64,000 nt of DNA, taken from assembly GCA_051294375.1 (NCBI GenBank), contig CM119270.1, positions 17,235,381 through 17,299,380 on the forward strand, given 5' to 3'. The notes beneath the pieces were generated by a model that worked only from the letters and a program-made list of their open reading frames with translations, made no database searches and had not been told where the DNA came from. The stretch comes from Paraspadella gotoi. Its lineage: Eukaryota; Animalia; Chaetognatha. The translations under genes were made by a program, and so were the position numbers. This document shows, piece by piece, positions 25,089 through 39,436 of the stretch. Each line of letters starts with the position of its first letter. Position 1 is the stretch's first letter.

Positions 25089-25747
25089 AGCTTTGGTCAG
25101 GTTATGGTTTTTAGGGCCTCCATCTCACAATATAACCACATAGGCGGACCGAGCAGACCCTGCGCCTGCAAAGCTAATCAATCAAGACCTCTTTCACAGT
25201 CTAGTTTATCCACTCCAGAGTATCTAGCTAACCTTTCAATAAAGTGGTAAAATCTTAAAAAAATGTTAAAATGTTAAAAAAATTGTTACGATACTAAATC
25301 GTATTGAAATCTACGAGTCAATCTTCCTTCAACTGCATCCATTCGTTCCAATGGTGTTCGCCGCACCTGCCAAAAACGAAAGAGTAACCTCCGGATGGAT
25401 TCCAGAACTCGCAACCCACATTGAAACTTGTTATATGAATTCGGATGTTGGGAGTAATGCAAATTGGACCTTGATTGTTCGGATTCTGTGTGGCCCTCAG
25501 AGAGATCCTCATGAAAAAAAATGAAAGAAAAAATGAAAGAAGGAAAAATGAACAACAATGAGTTTCCTTCAAAATTTTGGGGTTTCGTTTTTTCATTTCG
25601 CCCGAAGCTTTTCTTTTGATTTGTTCGCCGACTTCTCTAAACCTCTCTAACATATCTTTCTATCTTCCCTCTATTTCTCTTTATGCTTGCCTTTTCTTTT
25701 GCTTCACTTTTTTTTCTCGCCTATTTTGATCTACAGGCGTTTCTCTT

Positions 25748-25831
<84 letters not shown>

Positions 25832-27380
25832 TCTCCCAGCATTATTACAACGAGGACTCTCACTCTTTCGCCAATCAAGAATAAGCAATGACGCTGCTGA
25901 TGGCGGACCAGATCCAGGGTTAATCAATCCAGACGAAAACGGAAACGAAACGACATAAACAAAAGTGAGAAAGAAAATAAAAAAAACAAAAAAAACAAAG
26001 AAATAAAAAAGGGGAGAAAATAAAGGAAAAAAAGGAGAAAAAAGTAGAAAAAAAAGGAAAGGAATGACTTGAAATCCTGATTCTCTTTAGCGAAACCGGA
26101 AAAGGAGGAGAAGATGAGTCGAGATATAAGTGGTTGGGTGGGTGGCAGATGATGGGGGAGGGTGGTTTTTTGGTGGAAGAAAGTGGGTGGATTGTGTGGA
26201 AAATTGTGAGCGGTTGGGGTGGGAGATGGTGAGTGGTGATAGAAGGTGGTTTTGTGTGGGAGACAGTGCTTGGCTTGGGTGTTAGACACTGCGCGGTTTA
26301 GGTGGGTAATTTGTAAGTGAGAAGAGTCGCTGGTAGATTTTGAAGGTGAAGTAAGTTAGGTTGGGTAAGTTCTCTCTCTTTTTGCGATGAGTCAAAAAAA
26401 AAACCTTTGATGCTAAATTTATTAACCGAATCATATTTCTAACCAATGTCCACTAAATCGGTGTTAATATCACGTAATTAATATTACTTTATAGTCCGAT
26501 TTTTTAGCCTAACTAAAAACTTCAAGGTTTAATAAAAAAAAAATAAAAAGGCTGATCATCGGAATTTTTCGACTGACGAATAAAACCGCATCTTTTTGAG
26601 TTCGAGCGAGAAAAAAAAAAAGAACGAATTTATTTCGGTTTTCCCAGATTTTTATACTATCTTTTTCAAGTATTTTCATGCATTTTTTTTTATCTCTCAT
26701 CAAAATCCCCCAGGAAAGATTTTGTCAATTATGATGTTAAGTTTGAAAGAAGAAAATAGCGGGGTGCGATGATGATGATGATGATGATGATGATGGTGAT
26801 GAAGATGGTACTTACTCATGATGAGTTCGGCTGCAACAATGATAAAAATTTAAACTCAAAAGTCATTTGGGTGAATTAATTAACTAGACGTAGAATGCGT
26901 TACTTTGCAGTGGATGTCCTGGCAGTTTTATTAACTGTAATTTTTTAATAACAAAGGTTATGACAATATTTATATCTATATGCTAACTGGGGAGGGGGGC
27001 TGAATAATTTTTATATCGGAATGAGGAAGGAGAGAAGAAAATAAAGAATAAAATGAACAAAAAATTAAAGGAGAGAGGAAAATAAAGAAGAAAATGAACA
27101 AAAAATTAAAGGAGAGAAGAAAATAAAGAAGAAAATGAAAAGAAAAGGAAAAAGAGAAGAAAATAAAGAGCAAAATGAATAAAAAAAAAAAGGAAGGAGA
27201 GGAGAAAAGAGAAGAAAAATAAAATAAAGAAGAAATTAAAAAAAAGATAGGGGAGAAGAGAATAAGGAAGAATATAATAAAAAGGGTAGGGAAGAATATA
27301 AAGAAGAAAATTAAACAAAAAGAGAAGAAAAGAAAGAACAAGATGAACAAAAAAATAAAGAGAAAAGAAAATGAACAAAA

Positions 27381-27631
27381 AACAAGGAAAGGTTATTCCA
27401 AGGTGTTGCGCCGCATTACTTTTCTTTTTACTTATCATGTCATTTATTCCTTAGTTTATAAGATTTCTTTAAAAACAAAAGGCGGTGCCAGTAGTCGCTT
27501 AGATTTGATTTTTAACAAATGAGCAACAAACTACAGGTAAGTTATAAGCGTTTTTAACGTAAGTTCGACATACCGACGGACCGAAAAGTGACTTATAGAG
27601 TTGCTCCGCGAGTACTCGCGGCGCAACTAAA
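27381..27631 (+). mobile_element. DINE-1/HINE-like repeat, diverged copy with intact subterminal inverted repeats and 3' palindrome
   Basis: aacaag start; gttgcgccgc (27405-27414) is inverted to gcggcgcaac (27618-27627); 30-bp palindrome at 27599-27628 with one mismatch; gacggaccga core. Confidence 0.6.
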
Positions 27632-30111
27632 CAGGAAGGAGAGAAGAAAAGAAAGAGAGAAAAAGGAAGGAGAGAAGAAAAGAAAGAGAGAAAAAGGAAG
27701 GAGAGAAGAAAAGAAAGAGAGAAAAAGGAAGGAGAGAAGAAAAGAAAGAAAGGAGACTCTGTCGGACCTCCCGTCGAAATGGCCGCATCCTCTCCCCATC
27801 TTCTTCTTTCCCTCGGGGGGAAAGACCNNNNNNNNNNGAGAGAGATGTAAGTTTTTCAACATTGATACCATCTGACTTGAGCCGGGGGAGTTTGGCGAAG
27901 AGAGGGAGAGAGAGAGAGAGAGTGAGAGAGAGAGCGAGAGAGAGAGAAAGAGTTTCACGCTGGTTTTGCTTACTCTATTTCCATGGGTTTTCAGGATCGA
28001 ATTACCTTCGGACTCGCGGCCTCGATCCACTCGCCCCCCGACCGCCCCCCCCTCTCCTCTTCGATCGCCGCCTCTAACCCTAAATCGTGAATATCCGAAG
28101 TGAAATTAAGGTGGAGGAGGAGGAGGAGGAGGAGGTGGAGGAGGAAGAGGAGGAGGGGATTGTTAAGTTAACGCTTTTTGTAATTCGATTGTAAAAGTGT
28201 AAATCGGACGATTAGGTATTAAAAAGTTAATTGCGTAAGAACAAGGGTTTGGCGCCAAATGGGAAGATTAGGTTGTTGTTGGTGTTGTTGTTGTTGTTGT
28301 TGTTCGATTTCGTTGAATCTAATTAACTAATTAGTGATTAAATTGTCACGAATATAAAAGATAACATTCGCAAGTAAGGAATTCAACTCAATTTAATTTT
28401 TAGTCGTAGAAACGTTTTGATGCCATTGATGTAAACAATTTTTTGGGGGTTTAAATAACAGCTTAAACGATGTACGGTTGTATCAAAGTAAAGTCTCTTA
28501 ATCATTCGGTTTAACTTTATGTTTAAAATATATACATACGTATAAATTTCTTTGGTTTCTGATTACAAAACTAGTTTCTTATTATNNNNNNNNNNNNNNN
28601 NNNNNNNNNNNNNNNNNNNNNNNNNNNNNNNNNNNNNNNNNNNNNNNNNNNNNNNNNNNNNNNNNNNNNNNNNNNNNNNNNNNNNNNNNNNNNNNNNNNN
28701 NNNNNNNNNNNNNNNNNNNNNNNNNNNNNNNNNNNNNNNNNNNNNNNNNNNNNNNNNNNNNNNNNNNNNNNNNNNNNNNNNNNNNNNNNNNNNNNNNNNN
28801 NNNNNNNNNNNNNNNNNNNNNNNNNNNNNNNNNNNNNNNNNNNNNNNNNNNNNNNNNNNNNNNNNNNNNNNNNNNNNNNNNNNNNNNNNNNNNNNNNNNN
28901 NNNNNNNNNNNNNNNNNNNNNNNNNNNNNNNNNNNNNNNNNNNNNNNNNNNNNNNNNNNNNNNNNNAGAGAGACTGACTCATCTCTTTTCCTTTCCCTAC
29001 CCGAATCGGGATATCCGGACCTTGATTTGTTTAAGCGCCAAAATTCGAAATTTGAAAAAGGAAAGAAAGAAAATTTAGAAAAACCGGAGCAAACGGAAAC
29101 CAAGTCTCAATCGTGAAGCAGAAAAAGAGAAAAAGAGAAAAAGAAAAAAGAAAAAAACAAAAAAATAGAAAAGAAAAAACTAAAAACAGAAAAGAAAAAA
29201 CGAAAAACAATATAGAAAAAACGAAAAATAGAAAAGAAAAAAACTAAAAACAGAAAAGAAAAAACGAAAAATAGAAAAGAAAAAACTAAAAACCGAAAAG
29301 AAAAAAGGAAAAACTGAACTTAGTTTATAGTGTTTTTTTCTTTATATATTTGATTTTATTCGAATACAACAAGGTTGATTCAGTGCAATGAAAATCAATA
29401 AACATAGACTAAGTCTGGGCAAACGAAAACATAATTGGATTGAGAAAATGAGAATTGTCTATTAAAATCGTTGAATAGTTTAACTGCCTCAGTCGCATAT
29501 TTTAATCAAGTTATTTTTCTAAAAAGAAGCGAAATTGCATTTAATTCTTTTTTTCTCTTTCCCNNNNNNNNNNNNNNNNNNNNNNNNNNNNNNNNNNNNN
29601 NNNNNNNNNNNNNNNNNNNNNNNNNNNNNNNNNNNNNNNNNNNNNNNNNNNNNNNNNNNNNNNNNNNNNNNNNNNNNNNNNNNNNNNNNNNNNNNNNNNN
29701 NNNNNNNNNNNNNNNNNNNNNNNNNNNNNNNNNNNNNNNNNNNNNNNNNNNNNNNNNNNNNNNNNNNNNNNNNNNNNNNNNNNNNNNNNNNNNNNNNNNN
29801 NNNNNNNNNNNNNNNCTCCCCTTACTCCCCTTTCCTCCTTATTTCTCCCTTCCCCTTCTCCCTCTCCCTCTCTTAACTCCTCCCTTCTCGCCTCCTGCCA
29901 TTTCTTGGCGCCACAATCCTTGAATTAAATACTAAAAACTCTTTTTTTTTCCTACTTTTCTTTTTCTTTTATCGCAACCGAGAAAACGATTTTCTTTCCT
30001 ACTTAAAAGATTAACACTAAAACAGATTTTCGCTAAAAATTCAAAAACGAAAAGAGAGAAAGAAAAAATGTGAAGCGAATTAAGTTTCTTTTGATCTTCT
30101 GTCTGGTCTTG

Positions 30112-30224
<113 letters not shown>

Positions 30225-30731
30225 AGTCTTGGGAGCCGGAAAATACAGTAGATGATGGATTAATCAATTTAACTTCTTTTCGCTCGATGGATTTAATATG
30301 TTCTTCGTTTTTATCGATCGATCGAATTTGAAGAACTTTATTTTGAATAGAAGTCGTGAATTTTCTATTTCAAAAATTATTACTCCTAAATGGATTTGTT
30401 TGATTGCGAGGGTTGTATTCGTTTGTAGCATACTTAACTGAAATTAATTTCCTGAGTAATATAAAAATTATAAAAAAAACACAAAAAAACAAAACACAGA
30501 AACAATAATCGCAGCAAGAAATTTTAAGTTTAAGCTAAACGCAGTTAAAATTCGGCGTTCCTTGGATTCCAAGAGAACAAAAAGAACAATGCTATTTCAT
30601 AAATGTCTATGGCTAAGCTGACAACTTCCCTTAATATACTACTACTTAGCTTTTTCAAAGATTACGTTTACCTAATAACGCCTAAAGGTCAATTTGCTTA
30701 CTTTTTTTCTTTGTCTAAAATACTGGGAGTG

Positions 30732-30774
30732 TCTGGCGACTCGAGTTGACGTCAACCAGACTCGAGTCGCCAGA
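30732..30774. other. Perfect 15-bp-stem hairpin with a CRE octamer in the loop
   Basis: tctggcgactcgagt (30732-30746) pairs with actcgagtcgccaga (30760-30774); TGACGTCA at 30747-30754. Also present in the duplicate near 37521-37564. Confidence 0.75.
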
Positions 30775-31544
30775 AGTGAATAAATGAAACTGCTATGTCA
30801 TTATCTTGTAAGAGTAATGGAGGCCTTAAACCACCAAAGTATGTCCAAAGTCAGGGGCAAGATTGCTTATTTATCAAATGATTGGAAAAATTTTATATTG
30901 GTTGTACCAATTTATACATTTAAGATAGCAATGCATTCCATTTGAATCAATCCATGCCTTTTTGTTTTAAAATATCAAAAAACGTTCACACGTGCCATCT
31001 TGCGAGAACTAAGAAAAATTAAAAATAAACAAAATATCGTCTTGAAAATTTATTCAAATAGTAACTTTAAAAAATCCAAATTACTTTTAAAAATGCTCAT
31101 CTTTTTACGGAAAAATACAATAATAAAATTAAAGAAAATGTATCAACGATAAGCACGTATAATTTTTCGGTATTCTCAGCATTAACCCAAGGCCGCGGCA
31201 TAAAGTAGTTACAGCGACTCGACCGTAAATCGAATCGTTTCTCTTTCCACGGCGCCGACCCCATATAAGTAATATAATAAATAATATATATAATATAATA
31301 TATAATTATAATCCCATCCACTCAATCTTCGCAGTTCGCACAGTGACTTTCTCGTCGTCGCCACTCTCACTTTCTTCGTCACTTTCTTCAATTTTCTCTC
31401 CTTATTTAATAAAGGAACAGGAGAGAGAGAGAGAGAGAGAGAGAGAAAGAAGAAGAAAGAATAGAAAGAAAAGGAAGGAGAGAAGAAAAGAAGAAGAAAG
31501 AAGGAGGAGAAGAAAAAGAAAGAAAGAGAGACGGAGAGGAACGA

Positions 31545-32929
31545 AGGGACTCTGTCGACCTCCCGTTCGAAATGAGCCGCATCCTCTCACCCATCTTCTT
31601 CTTTCCCTCAGGGGGAAAGACCGTCTCTATTAGGTCAGGGGCGGTTCGTAGGAGGAGGGTTGGAGGAGGAAGGAGGAGAGGAGGAGGGAGAGGAAGAGCG
31701 AGGAGGGAAGGGGAGGAAGAAACCGGCATCGATAGATTACTCCCACAAAAAAACCCAGGGAAAAAACCAGCTCTCTTGGTGAAAGAGAGAGAAGGACAGA
31801 AAGAGAGAGAGACGAGAGAGAGACGAGAGAGAGAGAGAGAGATGTAAGTTTTCAACATTAGATACAATCTGACTTTGAGCGGGGGAGTTTTGGCGAAGGA
31901 GGAGAGAGAGAGAGAAAGAGAGTGAGCAGAGAGGAGAAAGCGAGAGAGATGAGAAGAGTTTCAAAACCGCTGGCTTTTGCTTTCTCTATTTTCCATTGGG
32001 TTTGTTGCAAGCGATCGAATTACCTTCGGACTCGCGGCCTCGATCCACTCCCCCCCACCCCCCCTCCTCTTCTTTCGATCGCCGCCATCTAACCCTAAAT
32101 CGTGAATATCCGAAGTGAAATTAAGGCGCAGGAGGAGGAGTGAGGAGGAGGAGGAAGGCAGGAGGGGAAATTGTTAAGTTATAACGCTTTTTGTAACTTC
32201 AATTGTAAGTGTAATCGGGCACGATAGGTATTAAAAAGTTTAATTGCGTAAGAACAAGGGTTTGGTCCGAACCAAATGGGAGACGTGTTAGTTGTTGTTG
32301 TGTTGTTGGTTCTGTTGTTGTTGTTGCGATTTGCGTTGCAATCTAATTAACTATTAGCTGATTAAAATGTACGAATATAAAAGATAACATTCGTCAGTAA
32401 GGAATTCAAACTCATATTAATCTTTAGTCCGTAGAATCGTTTTGATGCCATCTGATGTTAAAAATATTTCTTTGGGGTTTAATAACAGCTTAAAGTCGAA
32501 TGTACGGTTGTATCAAAAGTAAAGTCTCTTATCATTCGGTTTAATCTTTATGTTTAAAATATATACATACGTATAAATTCTTTTGGTTATCTGATATACA
32601 AAACTAGTTTCTTATTATTTAAAAGATTAAGAAAATAAAAGAGACATTTAAAACTATCACAAACGGTGAGTCAAGCCCCACGCAAGATGGTGGCCGAGGG
32701 GGTGTTCTCTGGCTCTGTTGTGTTTACCAGGTGGGGTTCGTTCGGGGCGGGGTGGTGTTCATCGGAGGCAAGGGGTTTCAGTGCTCCTGGCAAAACTGTT
32801 CGGTCTTGGGTCTTCTGGTCCTTTCGATGAATCAATTCAGGATTAAATTACGAAATCAGATTTGGTCCTGTGAGTGTGTGTTATTTCCATCTGCGGAAGA
32901 GGAGAGATGAGAGAGGAGAGAGAGAGAGA

Positions 32930-32964
<35 letters not shown>

Positions 32965-34313
32965 AGAGAGACTGATCATCTTTTCCTTCTCCTGACCCGA
33001 ATCGGAATATCCGGACCCTTAATTTTTTATAGCGCTCAAAATTCCGAATTTTAAAAAAGGAAAGAAAAGAAAAATTTGTAGAAAAACGCGGAGCAAACGG
33101 AAACCAAGTCTCAATCGCTGAGAGAAAGGCAGAAAAAAGAGAAAAAGCAAAAAGAAAAAAACAAAAAAATAGAAAAGAAAAAACTAAAAACAGAAAAGAA
33201 AAACGGAAAAACAATTATTAGAAAAACGAAAAATAGAAAAGAAACAACTAAAACAGAAAAGAAAAAACGAAAAAATAGAAAGAAAAAACCTAAACAACCG
33301 AAAAAAAAAAAAGGAAAAAACTGAATTGGTTTTATAGTGTTTTTTTTCTTTATATATTTGATTTTTATTCGAATAACAACACAGGTTGAATTCCAGTTGC
33401 AATAAATCAATAAACATAGGACTAAGTCTGGGCAAACGAACACTAACTGAAATAGAGAAAATGAGAATTGTCTATTAAAATGCGTTGAATAGTTAATACG
33501 CTCAGTCGCATAATTTTAATCAAGTTAATTTTCTAAAAGAGCGAAAATTGCCAATTTAATTCTTTTTTTCTTTTTCCCGCGCTTCTAGTCCTCTTCTTTC
33601 CCCATACTCTTTTCCCTCATCTCCCCTTCCCTTCTTTCCTTTTCTCTATTTCCTTCCCCTTAATCTCCTTCCCTTCTTTCCATTTCTCTATTCCTTTCCT
33701 CTGCTCGCCCTGACCCGTTTCCCTTCCCTGATCCCATTCTTCCTTTTCTCCCCAGTCTCTTTTCTTCCTCTCTCTTCCCTCCCCGATCTCTCACAGATTC
33801 CTTCCGTTTCTCTCTTCTCTTCCTCCCCTTTCCTCCTGACCTCTCTCTTTCCCATTTCCCTCCCTTAAACTCCCTTTCTCCTGACGTCTCCTTCGCCATT
33901 CCCCTCCCCTTACTCCCGCTTCTCTCCTGACCTCTCTCCTTCCCATTTCCCTCACGCCTTACTACCTTTCGCTCCTTATTTTCTCCTTCCCTTTCTCCCT
34001 CTCCCTCTCACTTAACTCCTCCCTTCTCGCCTCCTCCATTTCTTGGCGTCCACAATCCTTGAATTAAATACTAAAAACTCTTTTTTTTTTTTTCCTACTT
34101 TTCTTTTTCTTTTACGCAACCGAGAAAACGCAATTTCTTCCTAACTTAAAGATTAACACTAAAACAGAATTTTCGCTAAAAATTCAAAAACGAAAAGAGA
34201 GAAAGAAAAACGTGAAAGCGAATTAAAGTTCTTTTGATCTTCTGTCTGGTCTTGCTTTTCTCACTCTCTCTCTCTCCTGCTTCCTCTCCGTCTCTCCTCT
34301 TCTCATCTCTCTC

Positions 34314-34344
<31 letters not shown>

Positions 34345-35703
34345 ATCTCTCCTCTCTCTCTCTCATCTCTCTCTCTTCTCTCTCGAGTCTTGGAGCCGGA
34401 AAATACAGTATGATGTGATTAATCAATTCCTAACTTCCTCTTTCGCTCGATGGATTTAATATGTTCTTTCGTTTTTATCGATCGATCGAATTTGAAGAAC
34501 TCTTATTCTTAATAGAAGTCGTGACATTATTCTCATAAAATGGATTTGTTTGATTCCGCGAGGGTTGTTTACTTCGTTTGTAGCATACATTAACTGAAAT
34601 TAATTCCTGAGTAATATAAATTATAAAAAAACAAAAAAAACAAATCTTAAAAGCATAAAGATCGAGCCGCTTTCGATAGTAACCAAAATACTTGATGCGA
34701 TGAATAACCATAAATATTGATGCGCATGATAAGCGCAAAAATATTGACAGCGATGAACTAACAATAATTGATGCGATGATAATAGCAAAATGACAGATGT
34801 GGATAATCAAATGATTGATTGCGATGATAGTCATTCATTGATATGATGATAATGCATCTCATTGATTAGCGATGATAGTCATTATTGATGCGATGATAGT
34901 GGATTATTGAACGCGCTGAATCATTCATCGGTAAATAAACAAACAAATGCGTGTATGAGTGAAAGAGAGAGAGAGAGAGAGAGAGACGAGAGAGAGAGAG
35001 ACGAGAGAGAGAGAGAGAGAGAGAGATTGAGAGAGAGGCTCGGACAGTTTTCCCCGCCCCAACGAAACGCAATTAATTAGGTCTCTCATCGTTTATATAA
35101 AGAATAATCAGATTCTTTAGGAAAAAAAATCCACGAAAATCTCGGATGTAAATTTGTGATTTTGTATTGAGCAAAAAAGCGCGGAATAAATGGCGATAAA
35201 TAAAGTTTTTTAGAAGGAAAAAAGAGAGAGAGAGAGGAGAGAGAGGGAGAGAGAGAGAGAGAGAGAGAAGAGAGAAGAGAGAGAGATAAGAAGGGAGGCG
35301 AGAGTGAGAAAGAGAGAGAGAGAGAGAGAGTTTTCCCCCAACGAGACGCATTATTAGGTCACTCTCTTTATATCGGTTAATCCGTTGCCTCGCAACGGCC
35401 GGTCGTGAATTGGGTTCTATGTTGATTTTTTTTATAACACCAAGCAACGTAAACGCGTTAATCTTAGGTCATGTCTTCCTCGACCATTGTTTACTTGTTG
35501 CTTCGCAAACGACCACGCAAATCTAGGTTAAGTTAAGTTATCTGTATTTTGCGATTTTGTATTGAGATAAAATAATAAATGCGCGTAATAAAAGTTTTTT
35601 AGAAGGAAAAAATCCCACGAAAATTCGGAAAATAAATGGCGAATTAATAACAAGTTTTTTAGAACGGAAAAAAAAAGAGAGAGAGAAAAAGAGAGAGAGA
35701 GAC

Positions 35704-35736
<33 letters not shown>

Positions 35737-36189
35737 AAAAAGATTGTTCTTTTTTTAGGCAGAAAACCAGACCGAGGTCAAATTTAATATTTGCATATTT
35801 AATTAATTTTAAATAGTTATCACAACTCAAATAATTAATTATTTAAAAAAAAGTTAAAAATGATAAAATATATTACAAACTAAAATATTATAAATTTAAT
35901 AATAGTACAATTAATCAAGAAATAATGTTTAATTTTGACTATATCTCCTCTTACTCAAACTCCCTATTTTAGATATAATTTCCAATAGTGGCCAACCCGG
36001 TCCAAAGTTGCCAATAATAAATAAAAACAAAATTCTTTTTTTTTTATAAAATGTGGATGCAATGCAATTATATTATTCGGCGAAAGTGCTCTGCATATAC
36101 TATGGTCACATTAGCTGATTTATATGTGATAATAGCATTATGCATTACTAAGTCTATTCTTTCATTTCTTTAAAAAAAAATAATAAGAG

Positions 36190-36227
<38 letters not shown>

Positions 36228-38239
36228 CGAGAGAAAAAAAGAAAAACCGAATTTTCTATTGAAATTATATCTCAGATATAAATTTGGGATTTTGTAATTG
36301 AAAAAAAAGCGCCGGATAAATGGGCGATAATAAAAGTTTTGAGAAGGAAACAAAATAATCAGAAATTTTTCAAAAAAACGAAACGATCGTACGAGAGTGA
36401 GAGAGACACGAAAGACAGAAGAGAGAGAAAACGAGAGACAAAGAAAGGAGAAAAAGAAGAGGAGACAAAGAGACAGAAAGAAAGAGAAAGAGCTGGAAAG
36501 CCAGCTGAACAGCACCTGCGAACCTGAACTCCGTTTTTAAGCGGTTCAGAAAAAACAGCAACTGCACAAATATAGAAAGAAAATCTATATATAATTTAAA
36601 GAAATAGAAAGAAAGGCAAAAATATGTTAGACAAATTGTTTACAATTGGAAATTTTTCCATTTTTTTCCAATCGCAAGCTTGTAAAAGATTTAATTTATA
36701 TTTGTATTAAAATTAGAATAATACCTTCCTCATATAAAAAAATACCTTTGAGTTCCCATTTTTATTTAAAAATTTTAAAAACAAATTTTTTGAATATTCA
36801 TCTTCACAATTATTATATAACTGCAATATGTAATAATTAAGCATTAAAGCATTTCTATATGTAACTAATTTGGATATTATAAGGAGTAACTTCTTAATCC
36901 TCATTTGCCTATTGCAGTAAAATTAATACATGAAGTGAAATTCCAAAACAAAAAAATACTGTAAATCACCAATGTAAATATGAAATATCAACAGCTATTT
37001 TCAAGATGAAAAGCCATATCCTCTAAATTTTTAACTTACTATGATTCGCACACTTTTGTAAAACTTTATCATAATTCATAATAATTTTTATTTTTAAAAA
37101 AAACGGTAAGGTCACAGCCAAACCTATAAAGCGTTAGTAGTTTTTATATATGAAAACAGCGTGACGGACGACGCACGACGAACCGACGACGACGACTAAC
37201 GTCACAAAGAAGCAACCCTAAAAAAATATAGAGCCTGATCCCGGCTTCGACGGTCAAGGCTCGAATAACAAAACACAGAAAACATTAATCGCAGCAAAGA
37301 AATTTTAAGTTTAAGCTAAACGCAGTTAAAATTCGGCCGTTCCTTGGATTCCAAGAGACAAAAAGAACAATCGCCTATTCTCATAAATGTCTACTGGCTA
37401 AGCTACCAACTTCCTCAAATATAACTAACCTCAACTTAGCTTTTTCAAAGATTAACGTTTACCTAATAAGGCCTAAAGTCAATTGCTTACTTTTTTCTTT
37501 GTCTAAAATGACTGGGAGTGTCTGGCGACTCGAGTTGACGTCAAAACCAGACTCGAGTCGCAGAAGTGAATAAAATGAGACTGCTATGTCATTATCTTGT
37601 TAAGAAGTAATGGAGGCCTTAAACCCACCAAAGTATGTCCAAAAGTCAGGGGCAAGATTGCTTATTTATCAACATGATTGGAAAAAATTTTATATTCGTT
37701 GTAACCAATTTATACATTAAGATAGCAATGCCATTCCATTGAATCAAATCATGCCTTTTGTTTTAAAAATATAAAAAAACGTTCACACGTGCCATCTTGC
37801 GAGAAACTAAGAAAAATTAAAAATAAACAAAATATCGTCTTTGAAAATTTATTTAAATAGTAACTTTAAAAAATTCCAAAATTAACTTTCTAAAATGCTC
37901 ATCTTTTTTACGGAAAATACAATAATCAAAAAATTAAAGAAAATGTATCACGATAAGCACGTATAATTTTCGGTATATCCTTCAGGCCGAATTAAACCCA
38001 AGGCCAGCGGCATAAAGTAGGTTACAGCGACTCGACCCGTAAATCGAAATCGTTTCTCTTTCCAACGGCGCGACCCATATAAGTAATATAATATATAATA
38101 TATAAAATATAATATATAATTATAATCCATGCCACTCAATCTTCGCAAGTTCGCACAGTGACTTTCTCGTCGTCGCCACTCTCATCTTTCTCTTCGTCAC
38201 TTTTCTCAATTTCTTCTCCATTATTTAATAAAGGAAACC

Positions 38240-38275
<36 letters not shown>
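31545..38275. repeat. Direct duplicate (noisy, probably alternate haplotype) of about 27750-31440, with an extra 2.6-kb insertion
   Basis: actctgtcg(g)acctcccg at 27756 and 31549. Collinear to about 30490/34644, then resumes at 37266 (aacaaaacacagaaac) and runs to 31440/38275. Confidence 0.88.
34645..37265 (+). mobile_element. ~2.6-kb insertion with internal tandem repeats and a 3' hairpin (Helentron/HINE-like, tentative)
   Basis: Absent from the other copy near 30490. Internal attgatgcgatgat repeats and taaatggcgataataaagttttt repeats; gacggacgacg core near 37163; gagcctga...tcaaggctc stem at about 37231-37262. Confidence 0.45.
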
Positions 38276-38279
<4 letters not shown>

Positions 38280-38457
38280 CGCCCCCGCTCCACTACGCCC
38301 GGACGCGGAGAGCAGGCAAGACTCGCCAGCTCTTGCCTGACGCCCTGCGCCCCTCTCCGATGAGAGAGAGAGAGAGAGANNNNNNNNNNNNNNNNNNNNN
38401 NNNNGAGAGACGATGAGATGTAGAGAGAGAGAGAGAGAGAGAGAGAGGAGACGAGAG

Positions 38458-38493
<36 letters not shown>

Positions 38494-39403
38494 CAGTTGG
38501 CTTTCCATGACGCCTCTACCTAAACTATTTTTTCGCTCCACATTTGCTTTAGCTAAAGCGGAGCCATTTTGAAATTTTGGTTTTTAAAAGAGATTCTTCC
38601 TTATTTAACTTTTAGATAATGAGGACAATAAATTACCTTAATCTTAAGCCGTTGAAACTTGATGATTTAACATAATGAAATAATGATTATGATCATGTCG
38701 ATGATTTCTTGATCGAAAAGTTGCTATACATAACTTTTTTCGCAATATCATGCCTCGCCTCCTTTGCCAATTTAACTAATTTAAAATTTAACTAAACACA
38801 ACTAAAAAATATATCTCTCTGACTTCCTCAAAAATAAACAAAAAAAGAAACAATCAAAACTACCAAGGAAACAAAGACAAACAAAAAAACAAAATAAAAA
38901 CGGAAAGTCAAAAGTCAAAACTGCGACGACGATCATTTCAGTTTTATTTGAACATTGGTTTTCTGTTATGAGGGAATCAACAGGGGGGGAGAAAATTAAT
39001 GATATAACTTTGAACATTGAGAATTGAAGGTAACGAGAGAATACAACAAATCACTTTTTTTTTATCTATTTTATTTCTTTAGGTTTTTTTAGAAACGATT
39101 TATGTATAATTTGCGTTTTATTAGAGCTTTGAGATATGAATTTTTCTGTTGTCTTTGTTGAATAGTCATGAATACTTTTTTTTGTATTTATTGTATTCTT
39201 TCAATTTTTTTTTTTACTATATCCTAATAAACAAAAAGAAAAAGCGACTTTAATATTGCTTTGACCGTTTAGTCGTTTGACGTATAGTGTCAGTTAATTT
39301 TGTTTATCTCTAACACATAGATTGTTATTAAATTTTGTTTGCATGATATTACGGAATTAAATTAAGAAGTTTAAAATCATCAATTTTACTTTTGCCGAAA
39401 AAT

Positions 39404-39434
<31 letters not shown>

Positions 39435-39436
<2 letters not shown>

